The notes below the pieces were generated by a model. It was given only the letters and a program-made list of their open reading frames with translations, had not been told where the DNA came from and searched no databases. 32,948 bases of DNA, from contig JYFJ02004340.1 of assembly GCA_000934665.2 (NCBI GenBank), forward strand, positions 1 to 32,948, read 5' to 3'. The position numbers were made by a program, and so were the translations under genes. This document shows, piece by piece, positions 1-13,312 of the stretch (its first letter is position 1; each line of letters opens with the position of its first letter). This DNA is from Catajapyx aquilonaris. Its lineage: Eukaryota.

Positions 1-189
1 AGAGACCAGTCGCTGGGTCGTCTGCGTCACTCACTCGATTTGTAAACAGTGGCAACAATGGAAGCGCTCTCCATGGGCTGATGTTCGAATTGGCCCGCCG
101 GACGGGGTTGCCAGGTAACGGGCTACAATATAAGCAGCTTAGGCCGAATTTGTCAATAACTAAAACGACAAAAAAGTTTGATCACCCTG
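1..189. mobile_element. Right end of a CAGGGTG-type Tc1/mariner-like non-autonomous element, truncated by the window edge
   Basis: aaaaagtttgatCACCCTG|TA terminus at 183-191, the same terminal heptamer as the 7618-8216 element. The left end is not visible. Confidence 0.35.
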
Positions 190-1581
190 TATACAAACGG
201 GTCTTAGTCTGGTTTTATTACGAGTACATGGAACCAGCAGAAATAGCATCAATGATCAATCTTGCTATTTTATTACGGTAGAAGCGGATCGATGTAACGA
301 ACATGTACTGTATATCAAAGTAGTGCAGTGTATTAATACTAAGTTGTTTATTGAGCGTGTAAAATAATGGTGTGTCATGCATTTTTTAAATTGTGGAACC
401 CCTTTTATCTTTTGTTGAATTGGAGTCAATTTGACTAGGCTCGTCAGTATAGTTGGGTAGACTCGGCCGAGAGAAGTTGGAAAATGTAGTGAAGGAAGTG
501 GCCCAGTGAGTATTTTGAATTATGATTCGTTGAACCTGCGAGATATATTACAAATCGCATTGAATATTCAGAAACCTCATCGACAATATTATGTCTAATT
601 CCCGATAATTCCATACTCATTTTCGTTAGCTTGACTTGAATTTGTGTACGTGCACTTCAAGTACTTTTTAAAGCACGAAAACACAGCATAATCTATAAGA
701 CATTTGCTATATTTTACATAGTAAATAATTATCGAGTACCTCAGATATACCGGTACTGGTATCTTAGATTCCAATCCAAAACGAATAGCAATTAGCTAAT
801 GTACTACTTTGTGCCTCCTAAAATGCTATACCCACGATACTCCCGTGATTATACTGTAGAAACAGGCTTATACATTGCAATCGTTTCGGTTGGTTCTGGA
901 ATCCGTATAGATATCATCAGAAGTTTTTCCATGTGGCACCCTTCATCCAACAGCCCGCGCGTGTAAGATCTTGCGGGCCTCTTTATTGCCATTTGCAAGG
1001 AAAACGCATCCCCTTTACCTTTATGGGGCCGTTAATTTCTCCTCCGTAATCCTTTAGTTTCAAACTTTGAAAACTGGAACTTTACGCTTGTAAGGGTCCT
1101 TTACTTTCCGCCATTATTCCTAATAGTGAAAAATGAATGCTGTTTAAGCCATGTTCGTATATATGCGATCTAATTCTAAGGTTCTATAGATGGGTGAGAC
1201 AAGTACTGCAAACTTGGTAAGAAGCTTTAGAGCAATAATTGCAAGACGCTGTGAAAATTAAATGGACTGCAATGTTTCAGCATGTTTGTTTATACGGTAA
1301 GCTAGAAAGTTCTGCAGACACAAGCCACAAGCGCTGAGTATGCTGTTACTATGCAGCACTAATACGTAGCCTACATAAAGTGCCAAGAGGCGAAAAATTC
1401 ACTTTTAAAACCCCTCATTTGCTCCATAGGATTCACTCCATCCAAGCCCTTTAAAAAAAAAATCCTATATGACGAACTAGTAGTAGGCCCAATAGTAGCT
1501 GTAGTCCAGCCCTGTCCGAGTACGTGATAGGCATGAGTTTGCATATGCCACCTTGTCAAATGAGGCAAGTGAGAGTTAGTA

Positions 1582-1620
1582 GGGGGTTTTTTTTGGGGGG
1601 GGGGGGGNGGGGGGTGGTGG
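1582..1620. repeat. Low-complexity T8/G20 tract with an ambiguous base
   Basis: G run at 1595-1614 containing N at 1608. Confidence 0.85.
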
Positions 1621-2823
1621 AGAAGCTGGGAGGGCTTTGAGTCACAGTCTCACGCATGGTTGAGGTAACGCGATTTGCAACGGCAGAATTCGTTTTCCTG
1701 AGTGCTGGATCAGAGCGGAGGAGACAGGATGTCCTTCCCACGCTGTGCTGTCTGGCGGTCAAATTCATTCGAAAATCGGAGGATTTGGTCAAAAAAAAAG
1801 AGGGGGTGGAGGAGAGGGGGACAGGGGAGGGGGCAAGAACTCCTACTACACCCCTGTCCCATTCGCACGCTTTGCACAAGTTAGGACTAGGCTTGGGTGC
1901 TTTGTTCGGATTATCCCTCGGCGGCCTGCCAAAGTCTAGTTAGTCTGTTGTAAGTTCTTGAACGAATCTATCGCTTCTGGGTACCTGTGTTTCTGACAAA
2001 TGGGGTTCCCCTTGCGATTTCCACATGTTTGCTATGATGAGGAGCTTCCCACTTTTTAGTTGGTGGTGGCCAGGCATAATGAGGAGTATCACTCCAGTCC
2101 ACTTTCAGTGAGCGAAATGGAGGCTACGATGGGTGTGTTTTATATATTAGCTTATGCCAGTATCGGTTGTCACTATTTCAGTAACAGGCTGCTCACTTAT
2201 ACTTTTCAACATCCCTGGTATTTTCTTGACATATATTGAAAAAAAAATTAATATTTCTTTTTTTTTGCTCCGCCTCAGTATCATTGTTTCCATGCAAAAT
2301 CATATTGTCGCTTGAACATCACCAAAGAGCAGCAGTGGGATATTTCAACTACTTTCATACTGCTTGGTTTCCTTTCATCAACATGCTCAAAATTTAGTCG
2401 TCCAAAACATTATATCTGTCAAGTTTATTGACATTTGCCAGATGTTTGCTTTAAATGAAAATGCTGAAAAAGGCAGTAAAATACAAGATAATTACAACTG
2501 GCAAATAATCCAACATACTCTTTGGGAATTTGTTGATATAATATTATTACACACAAAGAGCATAATTATATTCAAGGTATAAATACCTAAAAAATTCATG
2601 CGTGGGATACTTATAGTGCAACTGTTAAACATTACATTGCATGTAAAATGGGTTTTGATGAGCAAAGTCATTTAAAAAGTAATTAAAAAAAAAATCCTGC
2701 AGCACTTCTACTGTGGTATAAGCTGATTCTAGTGCTGAAAATGGTGTGGCACAAGCAGGGTAATATAGAGATGTCGAGAAATGATGATTAGTTTTTCCAT
2801 TTTTGTACAAGTAGGCATAGCTT

Positions 2824-2964
2824 ACATCACAGAAAATGGAATATTTTATGCAACAGATAGGTATCTGTTGCATAAAATATTCCATTTTCTGTGATGTTCA
2901 AATATTTGACATAGAAAATAATGATGCGGTACTGCATCATTATTTTCTATGTCAAATATTTGAA
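2824..2964. repeat. Two abutting palindromes (36-bp perfect arms 2824-2859/2862-2897; 31-bp perfect arms 2897-2927/2934-2964)
   Basis: acatcacagaaaatggaatattttatgcaacagata-gg-reverse complement, directly followed by ttcaaatatttgacatagaaaataatgatgc-ggtact-reverse complement. Confidence 0.93.
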
Positions 2965-5669
2965 AAGTAAATAAAATATGCAGATTTTCATGAAATATTC
3001 AGGATCCTCGGAAAAACAGAAAAACCGTTTCCCCCCGGCCTTTACAACCCTATACTAGTTGACCCACGCATTGGCGCTAGTGGTCCTACCCACGGCCAAC
3101 CCAAGCTGGCAAGCAAGCTGGGTGAACGCCGACCTGCTGGTATAGGAGTGTCCGCGGGCTTCGAGAACCAAACTAGCTGTGACGCGATTGGTCGATTCAC
3201 TAATTTGACGCCATCGTTCGCTTCAGTGGCTAGTTGAGAGAAGAGCTTAATAAAGTCATGCTTTAAAAAATAAACGATTTTAGAGTAATCTTTTTAAAAT
3301 AGTCTATGCAATAACAATTTTTGCTTTATTGAATCTTTGGGGGAAAAATGTTATGCTTAGCATTTCCCTGATATCTCTAGAAATTCTATGAATTTCCATG
3401 AGGTTTAGGGGGGCGTTAGGGGGAGGCAGCTCCCCCCCACCCGGCTACGCCCATGACTCCGTGTGTAATCGACTTATTATTCTAGGTTTAGTGGAAGCGA
3501 ATCCGAGAAGACCTTCTCTCTCCTGTATACTAGCAGTAAGCCTTTTTTTCCCCCGAAAAGTATATATCGATTTAGGGTAAGGAAATATCCCTCACAAAGT
3601 AACACTTACTACACTGTATGAGCTGTATGTCGACCTGTCACTTTGCTAAAATCAGTTTCTAGTGAGCTGAATTCTTAAAATCCTTCAACCAAACATGCTG
3701 CAAGGACTTGCTATACTTTCTTAGAATTGGCTTTCATTTTCTCAATAATCGTTGAATGAAGATGCGTGTACACAGGCATCTATACGGGCGCTAATTATTA
3801 TTTTCACGCCATATATCGCTACGGAAATATTTCCTGTTCATCAAAATGTGGCAACTGCAATTTCCGACTTTTACATCATGCAAGTCTTGCCAATTGTGAA
3901 CATAAAATTCGTGGAGCTGCAAACAAAAGAGTCCCTGGCACGGAAAGCAGCAAGGTAGCGTTCGTTCCTTCCTTCAATCGAACCGGAAGCTAGGGAAAAG
4001 CCTGCCGATAGCCGGAGGACACGTAACTGTTTGAGGCTGGCAGACGTGTAGATCTTGCTTGCAGATCCGAGGCTCTGATTGCGTCCAGTTTCGTTTGAAT
4101 GGGCCCCGGAATTTGCATAAAGCCCTAGATAAAGTCGTACCTGCAATTCTCCTTCCCGCCGATAAGACTCTCTGGTGGGGCCAGATCATAGAATTCAGAT
4201 AATGGAAGCAAAGAGATGAACTCTTTCACTTCTCGAGAAAGAAGCGGAGAGATTACAGCCAAGAATGGTGCTTCTCGAATTTTTGTGTGTGTGTGTTGCA
4301 ATATCTAGATATTCATGTTTGATTATATACGGTACCGTATTTATTTATATATATATTACTACCCAGTGATCAGACCCAATTTATGTCTGATTATGCAGAG
4401 ATAATGTAATCTTCACAGCTAACCTTCATGTCTAAAAATCAGACAAATAATATGATTGGTCGTTCTGGATCATCTTTATTTCTAGCTGGACCGTCATTTA
4501 TTTTTAACATCAACTGCGACATTATTTCATGTAGGAGGCAACCACCCAGGCAACGGTAGTGCCATAGGCATTTTATGGACATTAAAAGTGATGTTATTTT
4601 TTATTAATGTTAATTAATTATCCAAGTAACGAGGTGGTCGAGACCTGTGCTGGTAATAATGAGCTAACCGCACTATAAGTTTGAATCGTTATGAAACGCT
4701 GTATGGAGTGAAGGCACTAAGTGACAATACAGTACGTCAGGCATATGTACTGTACAGTACAAGTACTGGAAGTACTGGAAAGGTCAATGTTCTATTTCAT
4801 GACCATCGGGCATCCCTGCAGGTATAAGTCAAATTCTGAGCTTATACGAAGTGTATAAACACTCCAGCACCGTGCACTCCTGTATCATTTTTTTGGGGTG
4901 CTCAACCGTCACCTAGGATTTTCTTCAGCGACGTAGCAAGTGCACAATTACATTTCCCAAATATCGACGCTTGTTGTGAGGACTTCTATAGGCCAGAGCC
5001 TTATGGCAAAGCCAATTTTGAACACCATCTGGGGATGTAACTGTGACATCGATCATCACGTCAGCTATAGGGTGCAGAATAGAACGTCATATCAAGATAA
5101 AGTTAATGCATCAATCTTTCATTTTTGACCACTCACAAGCTGGTTGTATGATAGCCTTTAATTACTCGGAACACCACTTGTGACATCCGCATTATTATAT
5201 ATATTATTAAATTCATTTACTCGTTACTCATTAGGGGTAAAATATAGCTTGAAGTGCAATTACCCCACCATTATTTTGTAGCGTATATGGTAATGTACTT
5301 ACAGTTCATGATTACATTTTGATGATAACATGTTGTCAATTAATTATTAACTAGCTTGGTTCTGTACGTCGTTCTACAGTTACATTTTGCGAGATTATGC
5401 CTACACAACCTCCCCAGTTCATGAGGGACCATGGAAAATGGCTTTTTCCGCACTCTCATTTGCCACTCTTTTTCGCTAAGAGTTTATTCATAAAGTTTAC
5501 ACTTTTCTGCTCTTGCTTATGTGTGCATGAAAAAATTGCGGAGGGAACTTGAATCCACATCGTATATTATGTGGAGTCGGTCCAGCTGTGTGATGAGGTT
5601 CGGGTCACGTTCTAGCTCAAAGTACACTGTGCCGTCTAAGTGTAATTGAATTTATGCGTATAAAAAGGC

Positions 5670-5695
5670 GCTGCTGCTGCTGCTGCTCCTGCTGC
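5670..5695. repeat. Short (CTG)n microsatellite
   Basis: gctgctgctgctgctgctcctgctgc. Confidence 0.8.
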
Positions 5696-7617
5696 AGTTC
5701 ATGCATGCTGGGGGGGAAATAGTGAGCAAGTTTCAAATGGCTGGAATTTTCATAACATGAAGGGCTCAGACTTTTATCAGTTGTTTACGAAACAGGCAGT
5801 CGTAAACGAAATACTTTCATGCGTGAGAATCACGGTCATCATTTTGAAAAGGCTGACGGAAAATCTTTGCGACATTTGTCCAATTAGTTTAAAAAAAATA
5901 AATCTTCAACATTATGACAGAAAGCCGACCCGTTGAATTTTATCAGCTTTAGTGTACACGAGTAATCTGGCATAAAAGTGATAAAACACCGTTAACGAGG
6001 CACCGATTACAAAAACAATATCGTCAAAGCATTAAAGCTGAGGAATATGCCGTGTCCACAATATACTGATGGCGTGATCAAATAATCCGACAACTTGCTT
6101 GACGTAAATCAAAACTAAAACTGATTAGGGTCTGTCACGGGATCAAGTACCGTAGTTAATGCCATTATGTTGATGCAAACTCTCCCGATAGTTTATAAAA
6201 TATTGAGTTAGCTTACACCGCAAAAACTTGGCTCGCTTGACAAGCAGATTGGTAGTTAGCACAACTTCAAACGTGGCGTATTTATTAACATTTCATAGCG
6301 AAAAGCAAGTTGTGGGCCCTCTAAGGTACTAAGCAAGCCTTAAACGGAATACACAACATGAGTCCCTTATGTTGACACATGCGCATTGCGTTTATAAATA
6401 AGCAAATATTTCGACTAAGTGAATAGCTCCATATCGCATGGAAGCTTGCATCTTGCTTGATATATATATTTTGTTATTCTTTTTGCGAATATTTTTGTGC
6501 CTTCCTCGTTTGCATTGAGTGGCTCAGCCACGGAAGACCAGCAGATAGTGCAATCTGGGTGCCGTGTTGCTCGATATGACAGCCACGCTCTAAGCCGGTG
6601 AACTACATGTCCCCATAACGTCTGTCTCATCTCCCCAGTGCTATCAGGGAAGAGGCTATAGCCTTGCCATGACTTCTGCAGCATGGGAATAGGCTTTCTT
6701 TGCCTCGCAGCCCCTCCAGTCATCACTTTTTTTTTGCGCTTTTCTCGAAAAATTCTTAATATTGGGTAAGCAAGGAATGAATAAGCAAGCAGGCAAGTGG
6801 GCTGAAAAATAAGTAAGTAAATGATGCTTAAGATGTCCAGTTGTACCTGACGTAATATTTGCAACTTTTTAGCTGCGGTATTGTTTAGTTTTTAGAAGCC
6901 CATGTCATGGCCAGTGAATGTGGCCAGAGGAGAAAATAGTCGCGTAGATTAGGCCTACAGGGTATGGATCGACACGGATATTAACGCGGGCACATTTCAT
7001 CATTGTGTAAATGCCGCACGTTTAGCACCTGGTGTGTGGAATGCCGAAATAATGTACTGTTGCAAAATGATGAATATTAGTACCTTGTAAATGTTGTCGC
7101 CTATAGCCTGCGAGGCCTGTGATATTGATACGGTTACATGTATAGAAGAGTCAATTATTTGGACTCTGCAGGATGTCATGAATGCAGGTTGTGATAAAGC
7201 AGAAGATGATGGTAAAAGAAAAAAAAGCCTATTCTGGTCTGCTAATATCTTACGAAAATCCAATACGTGCTTCGAATTTTTTAAATAATGCATGATGTGC
7301 AGGGCTTACTTGCACTGCATGACTTACCGGGTGAGAGCGAGAGTTCATATAAGTTATCTACCAAAGTATGAAGGAATGGTTATGTGGCATTATTGACGTT
7401 TAGTGTGTGCCCATTATTGGGTGCATTTGATAGTCAGCCCTTGCCCAATACATTTTACTTGGATTGATAAGGATATACCGGTAGTCAGTGTTGTTATCGA
7501 TGCCACCAAGTGCGGAAAGTGTGTGGGGTGGCGGAGTGTACAAAGTCAAGGTTGGCCCCTGCCTGCTACCACCTCGTCTGAAGTGTTCGTTGAATAGTAT
7601 TGTACTGTAGTACAGTA

Positions 7618-8216
7618 CAGGGTGATTTGGAGGACACGTTACCGGAGCTGCTGGAGAACGTGCCACTGGAGATATGCAGGAGGATGCGGTTTCAGCACAA
7701 CTGGAGGCAAGCACATTTCGGTTCAGTATCCCGAGATTACCTGTAGAGGAACTTTGTTGACAGGTGGATTGGGCGTGGGCCTGTGTAAGACCACAGATGA
7801 TCTCGCAGGAGTTGTGGCGGCATGCGAAGAGATCAATGTAACCGATAGGATTTTTGGGCAGGTTAAGCTGGTCATGTTGTTGTAGAGTTTGCATACATGC
7901 CCGCAGGCGTAATTTTGACAAGTTGTTGTAATGGATAATTATGATAGCAATTACGTTGCTGTGCAAATGTGACCATGCAGTTTTCATTTATACCGCGGAC
8001 CCCACACTTGTACACAAACCGGCCTCGAATGACAGTGTAGTTTTGAATGTTTCCGGTGTATTTTCAATTGCAAATCTTCCAGGACAAGCTATATTGCAAA
8101 TCACGTTATCTCGGTAACTATAGGCAGCGATGATCAAATCCTCCCCTGCATAACGATATCCTCTGGCTCGCACGAGGTCACCTGAAAGTTTGTCAGTATC
8201 TTTCCGAAGCACCCTG
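7618..8216 (-). mobile_element. Decayed, internally deleted Tc1/mariner-like DNA transposon
   Basis: Ends ta|CAGGGTGATTTGGA and TCCGAAGCACCCTG|ta form an imperfect TIR with TA on both sides. Minus-strand fragments (IIAAYSY...ACPGRFAIENTP; LSKLRLRACMQTLQQ; HVLQQLR* just before the TIR) loosely resemble transposase HTH and C-terminal segments, judged by eye only. Confidence 0.5.
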
Positions 8217-10527
8217 TATAGGCCTACTGAAAATCGATTTACTAAATCATTCCTGGAAATATACAAAATAACTTCTTACTTTTCTGAAATTAATTTTTGA
8301 AAGGATATATTAGAAGCACTGGGAGATAGATGTTACCCTGACAAGTTTTTAAATAAGTTATGTAAACGCGCACGCGTGTGATCATGACCATTAGAATATT
8401 TTTAGTTGTGACATCGTCAAACATTACTACAGATTCAAAACCTTGCAATGCTTCGTAATCATTTTAGAGTTAATACCTCTGTAATATTATCTAAAATCTG
8501 GATTATTGCACATGATTGTGTCAACATTACAATTCGGCGTCAGTTGCAATAATTTTCAGAAGTCGTGCATGTACTCAATACACTGTGGAAAGGCAACTCA
8601 CACGGCATTAAAGGTTATATTAATCATTGCTCGAGATTGCCTAATTGTCGCTTCTTATCAGATTTGAAACGACGTGGTAGAATAAACCACTCCTGACAAA
8701 ATAGTCGATTTAGTCCTAGCACTATAAAGCAAAAAATGGCGTACATTTTTTGTCCGAAACAACGAACAGGAGAGTTAATTACTCCTACAAACCAACGGTA
8801 ATTTCCTACCATAAATTTATCAGCGGCGCTGTAATATGGCAGTATCCGACGTTTATTTCTCTCCGACTCCCGAATCGCACCATGAACACATACAAGCATA
8901 GAGAAAGGGGCCTATTATTGCATACTTTTTTATTCTCTCATGGTGCGATGATACTAAACGGCAGGACACTGGCATTTAATTAATTTTATGCACTATAGAC
9001 AGTCCAGAAGCATGTTTAAAGCGCCTGGAAAAACATGGGCCTCACTGATGCAAAACGCAAAACGCACGTACTAAAAATACGTGTAGCTTTTTATTGTAAC
9101 TTAAGTGCAGCTTATACACAGAGGGCTCTTATTGAAATGTCCTTCTTGACGATTTCTTTGGCACTAAAATGCTTACGTATTTTTGACCAGTTGAGTAGGA
9201 ACTGTGAGATCTATCAAAGTATTAGCTGCTAATATTAGGTTGAGTGGACCTATTCTTTTAAATGGTTGAACAGGGGTGTGGCCAGCAAAAATGGGTTCTC
9301 TGTTCCAATGGGCCATTAGCAATCAGACATAACAATTAAGAGCTCTAAAAATTTAATTATGACTGATATTAGCAGTTAATACTTTTGACAACCACTAAAA
9401 GTAACTGTTACAAAGGAGCTGATTGAAAGTAACCAGCTTCTAAGGAACAATTTTTTTTTCGCGCGCTAACATTTTAATTGCAACGCCCTGTAACTACTAC
9501 AGTGGTAACATTTTGTAATTACGATTAGGGGCAGATGAGTCCTATCAGCCAGTGGAAAGCAGTATTTCCTGGATACAATCCATAGAGGTTGGATAATAGA
9601 CTACTTGTATCATACAGTACGTCTCACGGGACCAACTTGTGTTGCGCAGCTAACATGCAGTAACCTAAGTATGACCTAATTATATTCAATATTACAGCAG
9701 ACTGCCATATATAGTTTACAATAATATTGTTTTGGACGGAATTTATGAACGAAAAATAAAGCTAATATACTGCAGCTGAGAGATTTCCCTATACGCAGTG
9801 CCTGTTTCGTCATGTGTTCGATGGTACATGTATAAACGGAACAAGTGTTTGATCCACATTATTAACGTAGGATTAATAACTTGCCCTAGATTTACTATCA
9901 GTCACGCAACCTGCCCTTAATCTATATAACATTAGCGAGATCCGTCAGTAATTAACTTCACGGTTTAGTAATATGCAGCAATACAGCTTTCATTTCCTAA
10001 CTTACTAATCAGTTTAATGTGCACTACAATATAATGCCTACACGAGTCCAATATTAAAGTCCTTCTGTGTCTAAATCTGATGTGAATATAGTGAACATTT
10101 TGACGAAACTGTCTCAGAATAGGAAGACAAATGAATACCACATCTGTAAGTAATTACATCCAATCCCCCTTCCCCAATCCTGCATATATTAAAGAAACAG
10201 AGGATGGATGAATTTGAGAAGTGTGATAATACGAGTAATTTATAGTTGGCTAGGCAATCGGTGGGTAACATAATGGATCAGGTGGAGTGGAAAAAATAAT
10301 GACAATGCATTGAGTCTGAACGATGTCCATGAAGTGGTTTGTGGTGTTAATTTTAAAATTTCATGAGCGAACCTCGCTGCTTATTAAGGGGAGTCTGGTG
10401 ATGGAGGTTATGTCACTTCATTTGTGACAGTATAGCTATCGAATACCACATACACTCCTACCACCCCTATTCTAGGCATAAAGATGCGATACAATAAAAA
10501 GGAGTCAAGAATGACTACACAAAACAC

Positions 10528-10654
10528 TATAGATCGGTCGCTATACGAACGCAACCGAGTGGCCAATTTTATTACATGAAGTAATACAGCTTGTAATAAA
10601 ATTCCTGTAATAAAATTGGCCACTCGGTTGCGTTCGTATAGCGACCGATCTATA
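10528..10654. mobile_element. Foldback MITE-like element with 49-bp perfect inverted arms
   Basis: tatagatcggtcgctatacgaacgcaaccgagtggccaattttattaca (10528-10576) and its reverse complement (10606-10654). The terminal TA is a possible TSD, and the spacer holds a second tgtaataaaatt. Confidence 0.75.
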
Positions 10655-10918
10655 TACTGCTCTGGACGAATTGGGTATAAAATGAATAGAAGCACCACCG
10701 TGAGCACCACATTTGACCATAATTTTTACTGATTAAAAAAAATCAAGTTGTATTTTTTCTCTGAATTCTTCTGATAAACGGAACCGATTGAAAAAAGAAT
10801 TAGACTACCTTTCTTAATCTTTGAGTTATTTATGATCAAACAGAGATCCGGATAGTGGCAAAAGACCATCACTATATAAGGTAGATCACTGTCTAAATTA
10901 CACCTCCAACAATTTCAC

Positions 10919-11059
10919 GGGGTGAAACGTTATGTAGATGACTCGCTCCATTCACGCATGCGCACTCCATTACCGCATATACATTGGGACATACCAGTGG
11001 GAATGCTCATGCGCAACTATACAGTAGAGCGAGTCATCCATCTCGTTTTACCAGCCCTA
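10919..11059. repeat. Small degenerate inverted-repeat element
   Basis: ggtgaaacg...gatgactcgctc versus gagcgagtcatc...cgttttacc; ends in gcccta, a hAT-like TAGGG terminus. Confidence 0.4.
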
Positions 11060-12154
11060 TTTGTTAGAGATCTGTATATTTAGTGTAGGATATACTGCAC
11101 CAACCTGGACATGATTCACCAAATCTGACAGCAACATATTTCGAATTCACCATAGTAATATACGCGATTTATTTTATTATCCGGGCTCCTACGATTTTGT
11201 ATCCCAATTAATGTTCCCTGTCAGGCCAATGATTTGATGATGCCAATATACTGTACCTTTCATTTGTTATGACAAAGGAATTGATTTATGATGATCTCGT
11301 ATAGGAACATTAGGAAGATAGGCCTATGATGCAAGAGAGAGTAAATGATTATAATCTAATGCTCACATATATGTGTATAAAGCGTCCCTACAACACCATT
11401 GTTGCAATAATTTTCAGCATGCCAGGGCCGTAATAACTTTAAATATGATTACTCGTGGTAGTTCAGGTTAATTATTTTTTCAGGTTGGTGGAAGACATTG
11501 CACATATATGAAGTCATCAATATGATTATTCGATTAACTGTTATATGCACGTATGTATGCATGTATGTATGCATGTAGCACCCGCAGTACGCTGGAGAAG
11601 GATGACAGTATTGTTGCGTAAGTTACCTGTCTTTGGCCTTCAGGTAGCAATTAAAATTTTGAAAGTCACAAAATTGGTCATAACTGGCTACTTTTTAACT
11701 GTTATAAAAATTAAGTAATACTTTCATAAGTAACAAAACCAACTGCTCCATTTGAGATAGTCAAGGCTACTAAAAATGGATTGTGTTGCACAAAATCGCG
11801 GAAAACCCGTTACGGGTGCACGACTACAGCAGTGAAATAAATGCGAAAATTGTGTGGAAATGATGTGGTGAGGTGTCAGTTTTAAACTGCTCATTTCCAC
11901 AAATGTTAAAAAACCCATAATAGGATTAGGGCTCATTGTATAATATCCAGTATCCCACATCTACTGTCACTCGCAGCCCCTATATACTGTAACTACAGTA
12001 AATGTTCATACATGTAGACTTCCACAAAAACTACGCACAGACACACACCGTACAAAATTTTGTAAAAATGTGGGGTAGGATTCCCTGAGCGGATTAAGTC
12101 CAAAGTTGGTTTACCTCTGGTGACTTATTCCTTCAGGTGGCAGGGACGACCTAC

Positions 12155-12331
12155 CAGCTCATTGAGGATATCGTCTGGAACGTTCCTGGAGCTGTTGCAC
12201 AAGGCGTAGACCGACGAGTGCGAGAAGATGACCGGGGCTCTGGACACCTTCAGGACGTCTCTCATGGTACGCACCGACACATGGGACAAGTCGACCATCA
12301 TTCCCAGCCGGTTCATCTCCTTCACCACCGT
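12155..12331 (-). CDS. DPEP1: Internal coding exon (177 nt, phase 0/0) of a membrane dipeptidase (peptidase family M19, renal dipeptidase-like)
   Basis: Translates as [59 protein letters not shown], with the M19 motifs EMNRLG-DLSH, PVIFSHS (two metal-binding His) and RNV. Minus-strand acceptor ccttacctttcAG (AG = 12333-12332) and donor GTaggt (12154-12153). The symbol denotes the family; orthology is not established. Confidence 0.95.
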
Positions 12332-12944
12332 CTGAAAGGTAAGGCACTCTTTTCGTCCTGTTTTGCAAAAGTATATGTCTACTCTAAGTCAAAACAACAA
12401 AACACACGACAATAGATAATTATAATTATTGGCACTGAGGTCGCTTCCTCTTGACTGAATTTTGTCAGTAACGGACAAAAAAATTAAAAGATATAGCCTA
12501 CGCAGCTAAAGAGATGGTAGAGATATTGAAGTCGAATTGTCTTTAAATGGCCTGTGCTTGACAAAGGAAAAGTTATTGTGTGCATGCTTCCTACAGCCTT
12601 TGGCAAGGAAAGAAATCCATTAGAATCAGGTTAACAAAGAGGGTGTCTCCAGCTTCAAAGAAGGAGTGGATAATCAGCTAAATTAGAAGAGTTGAAGCAA
12701 AAGAAATTCCGTGCAAACAGTTTTGATTTTGTTCAGATGAGTCCGTCCATGTGGACTGTACATTAAGTTCAAATACAATGTGAAGTTGTAGCTGAACGGA
12801 ATTTAAAGGAAAATTTCTGGCCCATTAATCTCCGACTATATGGTAAAACGTCATGCTTGATAGAAAAAGTAGTGGCAATATTCTCTGTCGAAACAATCAG
12901 GAATCATATTCATCAACTCCATATGCAAATAGCAAGCCCAAAAT

Positions 12945-13312
12945 CAAGGGGTTAACCACTCGCCTGTAATGTGTACACTGGAGCACCAAATTAAAGGAGT
13001 ACCAAGGAGTACCCAAGAGTAAAGTAGCTACCTAAGGAGTACCAGGGAGTACTATGGCCCAAACAAGGATTGTCGCGGGTTATCCTGGCTTGGATGCAAC
13101 CCATTGCAGAGGTGTGCATTGTGTGTGTCCACAAAGACAGCTAAGGAGGCTCCGATGTCGAGCAAAGCAAGTATAAGGGACGGGGTCCGATAAGCAACAC
13201 AACACACATCTGTGCAATGGGTTGCATCCAAGCCAGGATGCGACAATCCTTGTTTGGGTTATAGTACCATTGCAGGTGTGTACACTGGAGTACCGAAGTG
13301 GTTAACCCCTTG
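12945..13312. mobile_element. Composite inverted-repeat element: outer 16-bp IR containing TTAA, inner long IR at 13049-13267
   Basis: Outer caaggggttaaccact / agtggttaaccccttg. Inner gtactatggcccaaacaaggattgtcgc...atcctggcttggatgcaacccattgca and its near reverse complement. Internal gagtac iterations and a direct repeat gtgtacactggag. Confidence 0.7.

Noticed and set aside
883..920. Minus-strand CTGATGA...CGAAAC hammerhead-like core
   Set aside because: The intervening sequence cannot form stem II.
1556..1943. Cluster of overlapping ORFs in a G-rich segment
   Set aside because: Low-complexity, purine-rich sequence with an ambiguous base; no protein signal. A regulatory or G-quadruplex role cannot be supported from sequence alone.
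3395..3455. hAT-like MITE end (ggctacgcccatg)
   Set aside because: No partner TIR or 8-bp TSD found in the window.
5659..5699. TATAAAA followed by a CAGTT Inr-like motif
   Set aside because: Spacing of about 37 nt is longer than canonical and no downstream gene is evident.
6415..6864. 149-aa ORF ending NANEEGTKIFAKRI, reminiscent of an SGNH-hydrolase C-terminus
   Set aside because: Lacks the DxxH motif and upstream SGNH blocks; no supporting splice or repeat context.
10830..11160. IVMV and TMVN peptides as the next dipeptidase exon
   Set aside because: No GG upstream or F/Y context downstream, and no matching splice sites.
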